Shown: piece by piece, positions 7,769 through 18,319 of the stretch
How the letters are laid out: the number at the start of each line of letters is the position of its first letter
Position numbering within the stretch: position 1 is the stretch's first letter
NCBI GenBank assembly: GCA_003644925.1
Contig: QNDS01000002.1
Location: 1-40,684, forward strand
DNA from: Candidatus Fermentibacterota bacterium
Lineage (GTDB): Bacteria > Fermentibacterota > Fermentibacteria > Fermentibacterales > JCC-6
DNA: 40,684 bases
Reading direction: 5' to 3'
Notes under the pieces: generated by a model
What the model was told of the DNA's origin: nothing
What the model saw: the letters and a program-made list of their open reading frames with translations, nothing else
Databases searched by the model: none
Position numbers and translations under genes: made by a program

Positions 7769-7992
7769 GGGAAAGAATGGACTTGGATTTGAATTCCGAT
7801 GATGATGGGGCGTTATTTGATGTTGGGTTGATTGAGGCTTTGCTGGATGCTGGATTCTGGAGCATACTACATATGGTGTTGTTGATGTTGTTTGTTGTAA
7901 CTGTATACCCTTTCTATTTGGTTGCGGAAAAAGTTGAGAAGCTGAGGGGGTGGTGGACATCCCAGAGGGAAAGAAGATCCGCTGAAAGATAA
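7753..7992 (+). CDS. Small membrane protein.
   Basis: ORF track; one TM helix (FWSILHMVLLMLFVVTVYPFYLV). Confidence 0.3.
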   Translation: MFEYLRERMDLDLNSDDDGALFDVGLIEALLDAGFWSILHMVLLMLFVVTVYPFYLVAEKVEKLRGWWTSQRERRSAER

Positions 7993-8022
7993 AATATAAA
8001 TGCTAAAGGTGATAATTTTACT

Positions 8023-9294
8023 ATGCCACACTCTAATTCTCGTTTGAAGGATGTGATTGATTTGATCACGGATCCTGTTTCTGGGTTGTTGGGTTCTGAG
8101 CCTATGTATGTGCGTGAGTTAGCGAGGCGGGCGGCGGATATGCGGGAGTATGATAGTCCAACAATTGGACGGTATTTCTCTTGCAGTAAACAGAATCGGG
8201 GGGATACGTTAATTAGGCGGGCTCCGGTTGGGTGGACTGAGTGTGTGGCTGCTCTTAAGACGTTGAATAATTCAACTCGAACGTTGAGGCATGCTCCACG
8301 GGAGCTTGTGAATCTTTTGTCGGGTATTTATGTGGGGCGTTCTTTTGTGAGGGGGAGCATTGTTCCTGTTGCGATTTTTATCAGGTATGATCAGGCGTCT
8401 TTCCCTGATACGGGGGGGATTAATTACGTCCCCAATCACATATATCTTCTAACTGGGCGGTTTGAGGATGATGTCCGGTATAGGCGGGCTTTGCAGAGGA
8501 AGATCACTGCAATTGGGCGGGCATCTTCTGCTGGTTTCAGGAATGCGAGGAATTGGGAGATCATGGCGGCGGATGTTGTGTCCCGGAAGGCTTTCCCGCA
8601 GGTTCCCTCTGTTTTATCTCATTTCAACAGCCCTGAGCCGGATATCCTGGTTGATCGTAAGATGCTGGCTATTGAGATCACAACCAGGAGCACTAATCCC
8701 TTGGATGAGGACTATCTCGCGGTTAAGCTGGCTAATATCCCTCCGTTCTATGATATGTTCCTTCTTACAACAACACGGTTGACTGAAACCGCCGAGAAAT
8801 TCATCCCACGGATCATGCTTGGGGGTTATCTTGTGGAGGGGGCGGTTCATGTGCGGTATTTCCCCTCGAAGGCTGTTGTGGAGTCTCAGAGACAGGATGT
8901 TGGGATAATAAGCGGCTCTGTGGTGGGGGGTCAACTACATGGTACTGCGGTAATAACTCCGTCAAGTAATCGGGATGCGAGAGCGATAAGATCCTTGCAC
9001 AGATCTGTGCGACAGTACACTCGGGCGGAGATGGAGGGGTGGTTGTATAGGGCTATACGGGATATGTTCTACCGGTTGAGCACAAACATTTACGTGATAT
9101 ATCGGAGACTCTATTATCTAAAGGAACATAGTAAACCAAGGAAGGTGTTGTATCGGCAGGCGGAGGCATTCCTCTATCACACGCTTGAGATGACACCAGA
9201 TAGGGTGGAGAAACAAATGATGCGACTGAAAAATAACGGGTGGATACAGTATAAAGACAAGAGACATGCGATAGAATTCATGAGGCAATTGTGA
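8023..9294 (+). CDS. Hypothetical 423-aa Arg-rich protein; possible nuclease-like core plus C-terminal wHTH (speculative).
   Basis: Long ORF with consistent G/T-ending codon usage. EPDILVDRKMLAIEITTR is loosely PD-(D/E)xK-like. No family recognised. Confidence 0.55.
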   Translation: MPHSNSRLKDVIDLITDPVSGLLGSEPMYVRELARRAADMREYDSPTIGRYFSCSKQNRGDTLIRRAPVGWTECVAALKTLNNSTRTLRHAPRELVNLLSGIYVGRSFVRGSIVPVAIFIRYDQASFPDTGGINYVPNHIYLLTGRFEDDVRYRRALQRKITAIGRASSAGFRNARNWEIMAADVVSRKAFPQVPSVLSHFNSPEPDILVDRKMLAIEITTRSTNPLDEDYLAVKLANIPPFYDMFLLTTTRLTETAEKFIPRIMLGGYLVEGAVHVRYFPSKAVVESQRQDVGIISGSVVGGQLHGTAVITPSSNRDARAIRSLHRSVRQYTRAEMEGWLYRAIRDMFYRLSTNIYVIYRRLYYLKEHSKPRKVLYRQAEAFLYHTLEMTPDRVEKQMMRLKNNGWIQYKDKRHAIEFMRQL

Positions 9295-9347
9295 CATCCT
9301 CTCTCCCGGACACCCTTCTTTTATTCAATCCCGTAGAATAAATAACT

Positions 9348-11027
9348 ATGAGAAAAATAATACTCACCTGCTGGCTTCTTTTATTGTTCTCAGGGATAGC
9401 GACAGCAACAGTGGATTTCACAACCTTCACGGAGGTTGATCCAAACGAACACATAACTGCAACATCATCCAAGGTCTCATTCAACTGCACTAACGATGAG
9501 ATAGCATACATATATCGTGACTATGGGTTGACGTATTTCAGTAGTTGGGAGATTAATCTGACATTCAACATAGAAGCTATGGATGCGATAATGGATGGCT
9601 TAAATCTCATAGCATTATCCTCTGAAACATCAAACATTTCATCGTTAGGAAGCCAAGATTTCAGATTATTCGTAACCCCTCCCGCGGGAAGTTATTATAT
9701 ATCCCTTGAAAGCGGAGATGGGGAGGAATTATCCGAACTTTTTGATGAATTAAACGACTCACAAAACTATTATCTCACCCTCGTGGGAACGGATACAAAT
9801 GTCACGGTTAGTATCTACGCAGATCCAAATAGAACAATAGGGTCTCTTGTTGGAACACTATCCATCCCTGTAGCAACCCAATATCGTTACATGATCCTAT
9901 CCTCCTCAATTTTTTATGGTGATGAAGGAGACAGTGGATGGTGGCAGGGCTATATAACTAACATGTCCATTGAAACAGAAGCAGTCCCTACAGCAAGGCA
10001 AAATATCGAAGTAACATCTGAAAAGAGGGTACAAACGATTTTTACCGAACAATTTACTGGAATGAGCACGCCCCAAGACCTATTAACTGCGGGATGGAAA
10101 ACCACAAATGAAATCAATCTGCTTGCATATGGTTCAATCGGAACATCACTTGCTGGAAAATATGTTCACCTGGCAGGATGGGTTGATATCTATCGAAGCA
10201 CCCCCCCAGCAAACCCAGACTATCTAACAACTAACATTAGAATATCACCTTATCTAGTCATAGGAAAAATATGGCTTGATGATTGTACTCTCGTGATAAA
10301 ACTGACAGACGCTGTAGGAGATCAATGCAACTGGAGTTTCCAAACCCCAGCAGGAGTTAACCTACAGAAAGTGGAAGAGGGAACATGGTACCCCTTAAGC
10401 ATACGCAAAGATGCTACAACCTGCTACGTGAAAATAGGTGAAAACAAATACCAATACCCTATTGGATCTCCTCGATTTACCTACGGATTTTCTAATGCAG
10501 ATTTAGCATGTTTCGACATATCTTATGTCGCTCTAGGAAAAACAATAACGAACGTGGGCGACCCTACAAAATTCTGTGAGGAGGGTTACGAATTATTCGG
10601 CGATTTATGTTGTCCGATAGGGACAATAGCAATGGGCGATTTATGTTGTCCTCCTTGGGCGATAGCATCTCACGGGTTATGCTGCCCCGAGGGCACGATA
10701 GGAATCTCCAGCGAAGGCATCTGCTGTCCTGAGGAGAGAACAATAGGGGATGGCGAGGAATGCTGCCCGGAAGGCTCAGTAGTCCGGGACACGGAATGCT
10801 GCCCTAACACAGGATTCGCTGCACAGGAGTTTTTTGCAGTCATGGAATCCTCAGCGAAAGGGCAGATGAATATCGTGGAAGCCCTCTTATATCTCCTCTT
10901 GGGTGGGGAAGAATGCCGGATATGTCCTGAATATGATATACATATCTACGGATACTGCGTCCCAGCAATAGTGATGTTCCTCACCCTAATAGCAGCATCG
11001 ATCATACTGCTAGACATGTGGCTCTGA
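9348..11027 (+). CDS. Secreted protein with a C-terminal CCP-repeat array and a C-terminal TM anchor.
   Basis: Signal peptide MRKIILTCWLLLLFSGIATA, many N-x-S/T sequons, six CCP motifs, terminal TM helix IVMFLTLIAASIILL. Confidence 0.65.
   Translation: MRKIILTCWLLLLFSGIATATVDFTTFTEVDPNEHITATSSKVSFNCTNDEIAYIYRDYGLTYFSSWEINLTFNIEAMDAIMDGLNLIALSSETSNISSLGSQDFRLFVTPPAGSYYISLESGDGEELSELFDELNDSQNYYLTLVGTDTNVTVSIYADPNRTIGSLVGTLSIPVATQYRYMILSSSIFYGDEGDSGWWQGYITNMSIETEAVPTARQNIEVTSEKRVQTIFTEQFTGMSTPQDLLTAGWKTTNEINLLAYGSIGTSLAGKYVHLAGWVDIYRSTPPANPDYLTTNIRISPYLVIGKIWLDDCTLVIKLTDAVGDQCNWSFQTPAGVNLQKVEEGTWYPLSIRKDATTCYVKIGENKYQYPIGSPRFTYGFSNADLACFDISYVALGKTITNVGDPTKFCEEGYELFGDLCCPIGTIAMGDLCCPPWAIASHGLCCPEGTIGISSEGICCPEERTIGDGEECCPEGSVVRDTECCPNTGFAAQEFFAVMESSAKGQMNIVEALLYLLLGGEECRICPEYDIHIYGYCVPAIVMFLTLIAASIILLDMWL
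10608..10805 (+). repeat. Protein-level array of six CC-P motifs spaced 11-13 aa apart.
   Basis: LCCPIG..LCCPPW..LCCPEG..ICCPEE..ECCPEG..ECCPNT. Confidence 0.6.
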
Positions 11028-11045
11028 AAGATAGAATTACTTTCT

Positions 11046-11074
11046 TTAATCATCAGTAATAATCTTTTATGTGG
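11046..11074 (+). promoter_or_regulatory. Conserved promoter block (upstream element plus TATA box cttttatgt).
   Basis: ttaatcatcagtaataatcttttatgtg is 27/28 identical to 17501-17528. The TATA box lies about 30 nt upstream of the ATG at 11097. Confidence 0.45.
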
Positions 11075-11096
11075 TGTTGTTCTATTCTTTATTATT

Positions 11097-12224
11097 ATGG
11101 ATTTGGATGATCGAACTAAGAATTTTCTCAAGATATTGGCGGTTGTTTTGGTTATCGGGTTAGCTGTTTGGTGGACTACTCCTCAGACTATTGTTGTGTG
11201 GGTTTATGATAAGACTACTGGAGAGCCTATTAGTGGGATTAATGTCGCTTTTAGGGGTTCTGGTACTGAGGATCGAACCTATAAAACAACAGGATCAAGT
11301 GGGCGGGTGGTGTTCGACGGGAAACAGGGCTCATCCTACGGTATTGATGTGAACTATGGTGGCTTTGGAGGATATAGCAGTGAGCATTTAACCGCTGGCG
11401 AATACGGTGGGAGCATGGTTAACACTAAAAAAGTTTACCTGGTTCCTGGTGGTGGAGAGCATCCCGCGTGCACCGTTGGACAAATGCAGTGCCAGGTTAA
11501 TAAAGTCAAGAGATGCCAGGTGGTTGGTAGCGTTCCCGCATGGGTTACGGTATCTACTTGTGATAGTGAAGGTGGTGTGTGCTCCTGCTCAAGCTCAACA
11601 AACTGTTACTGTAGCACGGCACAATGCCCTGCTGGGTGGGCATGTAAGGACAGATACCATAAAGGGATGTTGAAGTCAGACTGCACCTGGTCTAATGTGG
11701 CATTCTGTGGTGCGGGCAAGAAATGCGTGAGCGGGGAATGTGTTCAGGAATACGCATGCACCGCTGCGTGGAGATGTAAAGACGCCAACACTAGGGGATA
11801 TCAAACCCAAACCTGTGCGTGGACTAATGTCGTACACTGTCCATATGGTTGCGTAAGCGGAAGCTGCAAGAACGCTCCAACAACAACCACAACCACAACA
11901 ACAACCACAACCACAACAACCCCTCCAACACCCCCCCTCCATGAGACAACAACTACGACAACCACACCAACCACTGTAACCTTGCCCCCGGAGATTGCAC
12001 CCTACTTCCCCACACCCGGCGTCCCGGGCATAGTGGAGGAACCTGAAGCACCCGCTCCGCCGGTGGAAGAAAAACTTAAAGCAACCGACTACCTGATGAT
12101 AGCTGTCGCAGCATGCGTTATACTCATAGTGCTGGCGTTATTGCTTAAGAAAAAGAAGCCGCAGACGCCACTAATCATGTTACCGGAATCGTTGATGCGT
12201 AGACCTCCAGAGGGTGGGGTGTGA
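11097..12224 (+). CDS. Surface protein: N-terminal TM, carboxypeptidase-regulatory-like beta domain, three Cys modules, poly-Thr/Pro stalk, C-terminal TM plus KKKK.
   Basis: VVWVYDKTTGEPISGINVAF...; CPAGWACKD..CTWSNVAFCGAGKKCVSGEC and CTAAWRCKD..CAWTNVVHCPYGCVSGSC; T14 run; LMIAVAACVILIVLALLLKKKK. Confidence 0.7.
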   Translation: MDLDDRTKNFLKILAVVLVIGLAVWWTTPQTIVVWVYDKTTGEPISGINVAFRGSGTEDRTYKTTGSSGRVVFDGKQGSSYGIDVNYGGFGGYSSEHLTAGEYGGSMVNTKKVYLVPGGGEHPACTVGQMQCQVNKVKRCQVVGSVPAWVTVSTCDSEGGVCSCSSSTNCYCSTAQCPAGWACKDRYHKGMLKSDCTWSNVAFCGAGKKCVSGECVQEYACTAAWRCKDANTRGYQTQTCAWTNVVHCPYGCVSGSCKNAPTTTTTTTTTTTTTTPPTPPLHETTTTTTTPTTVTLPPEIAPYFPTPGVPGIVEEPEAPAPPVEEKLKATDYLMIAVAACVILIVLALLLKKKKPQTPLIMLPESLMRRPPEGGV

Positions 12225-12598
12225 ATATGAGGGAGATATCCAAGTGTTTGGCAACAAACCATGTTTGTACTGGGGAAGATCTTAAGGAGGAGATAAATCG
12301 ATTGCTTTTCCAACCACCTTCACGGGCTAGAGATAAGGAGGAGCTTACAATCATAGTTCCTAAGGGGAAAGAGCATCACTATGACTTCCTTAAAGCCTAC
12401 ACAAAATATGATGTGTTAGGCAGTTGGAGGAACTTGAGAGAAAAGAACACCGCAATAAATATTCAATTTCATGACACAAAAGAGGAGGAAGTAGGCATAG
12501 CGGTAATAGAACTAATAAAGCAATATAATGCTGCGGTGGTTGGCGAGGAGGTTCCCTATGCCTTCACCTCACCCATAGAAGAGAGCACAATAGAATAA
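12221..12598 (+). CDS. Hypothetical cytoplasmic protein.
   Basis: ORF track; overlaps the upstream stop. Confidence 0.45.
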   Translation: MNMREISKCLATNHVCTGEDLKEEINRLLFQPPSRARDKEELTIIVPKGKEHHYDFLKAYTKYDVLGSWRNLREKNTAINIQFHDTKEEEVGIAVIELIKQYNAAVVGEEVPYAFTSPIEESTIE

Positions 12599-12599
12599 A

Positions 12600-13718
12600 G
12601 TGGATCGGCTGGAAATTGTGAGCGGGATAGCCTGTAGGAAGCAGGGGTATAATTTCACATGTGATATTGAGTTGAAGGATGGTTCTAAGGTAACTAAAAG
12701 ACGGATTGAGTCTGTGGTGATAGATCATATCCCTGAGGATAGCTCTTTCTCGGAGGATGGTTCATTTGCATGTGCTATTAGCAAAGGTCACAGGGTGCAT
12801 CCTGTGCAGAAAACACTTACGGGCGGAACTGTGAGGGAGTATCTTGAGAAGATATCATGTACCTCTATCGGGGATGTTGAGGACTTCTATTCGAAACTGG
12901 ATGCTAAAAAAGCCATACCGGTTATACGATCAGATAAAGAGGAGGAGATAGAGAAAGCATATCTGTCTTTCTTCAAAAATAATAGGGCATATTTTGGTGT
13001 GGACTGGACTCCAGACAGTAACATAAGTGACTGGGAAGAGAGAATACGATACGATATTGAAAACAAGATTGCTGAACCCCTATTTGATGGTGAATCAATG
13101 ACTTCAGAGGACGTTAAGAAGATGTTGAAGGCGGTGGGAGAGGAAGCATCATCGCTTGTTGAATATGATCTGGATGAACCAGCGGCGACAGTAATATTCA
13201 AGAACACCGATTACTGGGAGGACGACCAACCTTATCTCATAGGACACTACCAGAACATGACGGAAGGTGAATTTAAGCCGAAATGGCATCGCACTGATCC
13301 ATGGAGAGGCTACTACGATATTGAGTCAGAGGATTGGAGCGAGGCATGGAGCGATAACATATTATCCTATAGTGAAGACGCACAAGACCTGGAGAAATTC
13401 GATAAGGATATGATGGAAATACTGGATGAGGAAATGATACCCTACGCCAGAGCCTTCACCAGAAGCAGCAACCTATTCTCGAACGGGTACTCTCTATTCG
13501 TCAAGAAAAAGGATGAGGAAAAAGTCAAGGCTGTTGCAGAGATTCTAGCACTCAAATACCGTGATCCAGGGCGATATGCATTCACCGCCTTAACTGGGAA
13601 GGATCCGTCTGAGGCAACGCCTGAAGATTATCTATTCGTGGACGCCGCTAAGAGAATATTCGCAGGAGAAGATGCTGATAAGATCATGGCAGAAATCAAG
13701 AAAAAAGCAAACGGGTGA
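12600..13718 (+). CDS. Hypothetical acidic protein (372 aa).
   Basis: ORF track; GTG start 1 nt after the upstream stop; no family recognised. Confidence 0.55.
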   Translation: MDRLEIVSGIACRKQGYNFTCDIELKDGSKVTKRRIESVVIDHIPEDSSFSEDGSFACAISKGHRVHPVQKTLTGGTVREYLEKISCTSIGDVEDFYSKLDAKKAIPVIRSDKEEEIEKAYLSFFKNNRAYFGVDWTPDSNISDWEERIRYDIENKIAEPLFDGESMTSEDVKKMLKAVGEEASSLVEYDLDEPAATVIFKNTDYWEDDQPYLIGHYQNMTEGEFKPKWHRTDPWRGYYDIESEDWSEAWSDNILSYSEDAQDLEKFDKDMMEILDEEMIPYARAFTRSSNLFSNGYSLFVKKKDEEKVKAVAEILALKYRDPGRYAFTALTGKDPSEATPEDYLFVDAAKRIFAGEDADKIMAEIKKKANG

Positions 13719-13725
13719 GAAAGAA

Positions 13726-14088
13726 ATGGTGAACGTAAATCAGATATTTAGGAAGGATTGTAGTGTGCTCGGAGGAAAGATGAGACTCACCGCCAAAGGC
13801 ACGGTGTGTGTGTTGCCCGATGAAGTCAGTAGAAATAACTTAGAGAAGCGAGGTTTCTTCAACGCCCTTAAAGGGGTGAGCAAGAATTATGTGGAGCTTG
13901 TGGAGGATGCGGGTTGGCAAGGAAAGAGGCTCCACCTCATTAGCAAAGAAGATGTAGATAACTACTATCACACTGATTGGGACATGTCGGGTATGCGGGA
14001 GGTAGGAACTCTTGCTGGAGATTGGAGACCTGTAGACAACCTAGCATCCTTCCTAAAACACGTGTTCGAGCCTGAAGAGGAAGATTGA
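13726..14088 (+). CDS. Hypothetical protein.
   Basis: Track ORF 13672..14088 trimmed to the ATG at 13726, after the upstream stop at 13718. Confidence 0.5.
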   Translation: MVNVNQIFRKDCSVLGGKMRLTAKGTVCVLPDEVSRNNLEKRGFFNALKGVSKNYVELVEDAGWQGKRLHLISKEDVDNYYHTDWDMSGMREVGTLAGDWRPVDNLASFLKHVFEPEEED

Positions 14089-14098
14089 TGAATGGCAG

Positions 14099-15469
<1,371 letters not shown>

Positions 15470-15470
15470 A

Positions 15471-16205
15471 ATGCAAGATGAGGGGCGTATCATCCTATTA
15501 TCGGGGGTTGTTTTGTGTTTGTTGTTTGTTGGAGTCTTGAGTTTTTCATGCAGTCCTCTTTTTGCTTCTTGTCAGGGCGGTTCTTTTCTGTGTGTTGGTA
15601 AGGATGCTGGTTATCGTGTCTGCGATAGGTGCAGTGATTTGTTTGGGAGTTATTGGAAGGTTATGGAGTGTCGGGGTGGTGAATACACGCCTCAGGGGTG
15701 GCAGCAGAAGTCGCCGGTAACTGTGATGAAGTGTTTGTATGGTTGCAAGGATGGTGCGTGTTTCGGGGAGTGTAAGAGCAATAGTGATTGTCCTGATGTC
15801 AGATTCAGTAGCCCCTTCTGTAAGGGCGGGGATGTGTACCGGCATAGGATAAGGTATAGGTGTAGTGATTACTTATGTGAGGAGAGGCGGAGCTATAGTA
15901 AGGTGATGGATTGTCCGGCTGGGTGTTCTGGGGGTGTGTGTTTGGCTGCTCCGATAACAACAACATCAACAACATCAACATCAACAACACCCCCAACAAC
16001 CCGCTCATCCACCACAACAACCATTCAGATAATCGTGCCCCCGCCCACGGTGAGATATTTTGAGCCCCATCCTATTGTCGTTGATCATGGGATCACGCCA
16101 GCGTATGCTCCGAAGAAGGTTGAGTTAACTGATGAGATTGTTTTCGCTATTACGGTAGCGGCGGTTCTTCTAACATTATTTATTCTCTACAAAATCAGCG
16201 ATTAG
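15471..16205 (+). CDS. Surface protein paralog: signal/TM, Cys modules, Thr/Ser stalk, C-terminal TM.
   Basis: ...VMKCLYGCKDGAC and ...VMDCPAGCSGGVC modules; TTSTTSTSTTPPTT stalk; VFAITVAAVLLTLFILY anchor. Confidence 0.65.
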   Translation: MQDEGRIILLSGVVLCLLFVGVLSFSCSPLFASCQGGSFLCVGKDAGYRVCDRCSDLFGSYWKVMECRGGEYTPQGWQQKSPVTVMKCLYGCKDGACFGECKSNSDCPDVRFSSPFCKGGDVYRHRIRYRCSDYLCEERRSYSKVMDCPAGCSGGVCLAAPITTTSTTSTSTTPPTTRSSTTTTIQIIVPPPTVRYFEPHPIVVDHGITPAYAPKKVELTDEIVFAITVAAVLLTLFILYKISD

Positions 16206-16210
16206 TGGTG

Positions 16211-16238
16211 GCAATCATCAGCAATAACCTTAAATATC
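16211..16238 (+). promoter_or_regulatory. Promoter block related to 11046-11074 and 17501-17528.
   Basis: gcaatcatcagcaataaccttaaatatc matches about 20/28 positions of the conserved block. A 30-codon leaderless micro-ORF (16262..16354) starts about 25 nt downstream. Confidence 0.35.
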
Positions 16239-16376
16239 TATCTGCACCATATACTTATACTATGTCAGTAGCTGTCCTGACTCTCAACCTCCAAGTAACC
16301 TGCATGGGTTTTTTCATTAAGGGGCGGCGAAAAGGTGAAGGCGAGGAGGTATAAACGAAATAGAGGGTGACTTGAA

Positions 16377-17459
16377 ATGGAAGAAAAAACAAAAAGAACT
16401 GGAATACAGGCGTTGGCTGTTCTGCTTGTAGCAGGTCTGTTGGTTTTTTACGGTATCCCCCAGCTCACAAAAGAGCAGGCGGTTACTGTCGGAACCTGCT
16501 ATGATGGAATAAAGAACTGTCACGATGGAGCATGTGAAGAAGGAAAAGACTGTGGTGGAGTCTGCCCACCCTGTGCGAGTGCACCTCCAGCAACTGGGGA
16601 TGTAGCACCTGCTGAGGGCGGCACTGAACCAGAACCCGAAGAAGCTATTTTGTGTCCAGGAACCCTGGAAACAAAGATGCTGACTGCGGTATACGATTCC
16701 TTATCTGAGGACGCCTTTGATCAGTTGAAGGTCAAGTATAAGGCATTCGACGCTGAGACAGGGAAGTATCTGCGGATTGCTGGATTGACTTCAACATCAG
16801 CGGATGTAACAGAGTACGTCCCCTGCGGTAAGAGGCTGAAGGTGATCTACCACCTGGATAACGGATCTACCAGCGACATATATCCTGTATCTGAGTACAT
16901 ATTCCCAACGGGATCACAGATACCAACCTCTGCGGAGGCTAAAGTACAGGGAAGCATAAAAACAGTGATCTGGGATACAACCGGCACAGAGTCAGACAAC
17001 AACATAACAATGGGTAAGGGTCAAACCTACACCTTCTTGAAGCTTAAGGTGCAGGAGAACTCAAGCGATGCAGCAGCACAGGATCTCGTGGAACTAGTCG
17101 ACTACAACACATCAGCGTTCCAGTCTATAACTGTCGTTGGAGCAACCAAACTACCGGGCGTACCAACCGTCTTCAACACATACGACGTAGCATATGATTT
17201 GGGTGTGAGCCTAGACACATATGACTCAGCAGTATACGATGTTGTAATCAAAGCATTGACGGGAGTGAACCCAGGACACGTAGGAAGTGAAGAGAACATA
17301 ACCTTTAAGACCGTGGACAAATGTGGCTACTTCGCACAGGATCAGGCAACCTTCATAAGTCCCATACCGGGATCTATTGTAGGACTTCAGAGCGATCTGA
17401 ATGCTGACGTAGGCATAACCGGAGCGAAACAAGGAACAGCGATACTGCATGTGGAATAA
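16377..17459 (+). CDS. Membrane-anchored secreted protein, probably abundant: N-terminal TM, small Cys knot, acidic/Pro linker, ~270-aa beta-rich domain.
   Basis: Near-consensus SD gagggtga 6 nt upstream of the ATG. CYDGIKNCHDGACEEGKDCGGVCPPC motif. Followed by the strongest T-rich terminator in the window. Confidence 0.65.
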   Translation: MEEKTKRTGIQALAVLLVAGLLVFYGIPQLTKEQAVTVGTCYDGIKNCHDGACEEGKDCGGVCPPCASAPPATGDVAPAEGGTEPEPEEAILCPGTLETKMLTAVYDSLSEDAFDQLKVKYKAFDAETGKYLRIAGLTSTSADVTEYVPCGKRLKVIYHLDNGSTSDIYPVSEYIFPTGSQIPTSAEAKVQGSIKTVIWDTTGTESDNNITMGKGQTYTFLKLKVQENSSDAAAQDLVELVDYNTSAFQSITVVGATKLPGVPTVFNTYDVAYDLGVSLDTYDSAVYDVVIKALTGVNPGHVGSEENITFKTVDKCGYFAQDQATFISPIPGSIVGLQSDLNADVGITGAKQGTAILHVE

Positions 17460-17467
17460 ACCCCACA

Positions 17468-17494
17468 TCTTTTTTTATTTTTTTTTATTTTTTA
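17468..17494 (+). terminator. Oligo-T archaeal-type terminator.
   Basis: tctttttttatttttttttatttttt lies immediately after the stop at 17459. Confidence 0.5.
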
Positions 17495-17500
17495 CTCTCC

Positions 17501-17528
17501 TTAATCATCACTAATAATCTTTTATGTG
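17501..17528 (+). promoter_or_regulatory. Conserved promoter block (upstream element plus TATA box cttttatgt).
   Basis: ttaatcatcactaataatcttttatgtg; the TATA box lies 30 nt upstream of the ATG at 17549. Confidence 0.45.
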
Positions 17529-17548
17529 CTATTATCTTAATCTCTATT

Positions 17549-18313
17549 ATGGACTTATCTAATTTCACCAAGTTTTTCGCAGCGTTTTGGACGTACCTCC
17601 CTAAACTAAACTTGTTGATTGGAACAGCCACATCAACGTATGTGCTATCCAGCTTCATGGGATTAATCCAGAAACCTTATGCTGTGACCTTCAGTACAGA
17701 GCACCTAGCAGGCATCCCCAACATGGGTTTACTACTCATCTTCTCGCTCACCCTCTTATATATAATAAAATACGATGAACTGAGGACGGGAATAGATCAT
17801 AAAGTGCTGAATGCCCTATCCTTTGCCACAATGCTCCTTGCCATGGGAACTGTCCTCTCTCCCTCCCTGCTACAATACATCCCCCTCGTCTACGAGAACA
17901 TAGACTCAGACGCCATAACGCGGGGGGTTGTTGTAACCTGCTCATGCTATCTCGGAAGCCCAGACAACTACGCACTCTGCGTGGTCGGGCAGATCGCGGA
18001 CTGTAACAACATCATGTGTGCAAAAACAGGAGACGCGAAATGCAACCAGAGATTCCTGTGGATGTGCGGAGACGACAACAAACTACACCTAACAACCTGC
18101 GAGAAAGGATGTAATGATGAAGGAACCTCATGCACCCAAATACCCGAAGAACCAGCATACCAGGACTGCGAGAAAGGAACTAAATGCATAGAAGACACAC
18201 TATACGTCTGCGACAACCACAAGTGGACGCCCTACAAACAATGCCCCGCAGGATGCAACTACGCACAAACAAACTGCGTGCTAGAACCGATAATAATCTC
18301 AACACACATATAG
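17549..18313 (+). CDS. Polytopic membrane protein with C-terminal Cys modules (paralog family).
   Basis: Several N-terminal TM helices; CEKGCNDEGTSC and CPAGCNYAQTNC module ends. Confidence 0.6.
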   Translation: MDLSNFTKFFAAFWTYLPKLNLLIGTATSTYVLSSFMGLIQKPYAVTFSTEHLAGIPNMGLLLIFSLTLLYIIKYDELRTGIDHKVLNALSFATMLLAMGTVLSPSLLQYIPLVYENIDSDAITRGVVVTCSCYLGSPDNYALCVVGQIADCNNIMCAKTGDAKCNQRFLWMCGDDNKLHLTTCEKGCNDEGTSCTQIPEEPAYQDCEKGTKCIEDTLYVCDNHKWTPYKQCPAGCNYAQTNCVLEPIIISTHI

Positions 18314-18319
18314 AAAAAG

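Noticed and set aside
11676-11942. Minus-strand Cys/Gly-rich ORF (CCGCGCCCGCGCC...).
   Set aside because: It is the antisense reading of the poly-Thr (ACA/ACC) stalk of 11097..12224, an artefact of the repeat.
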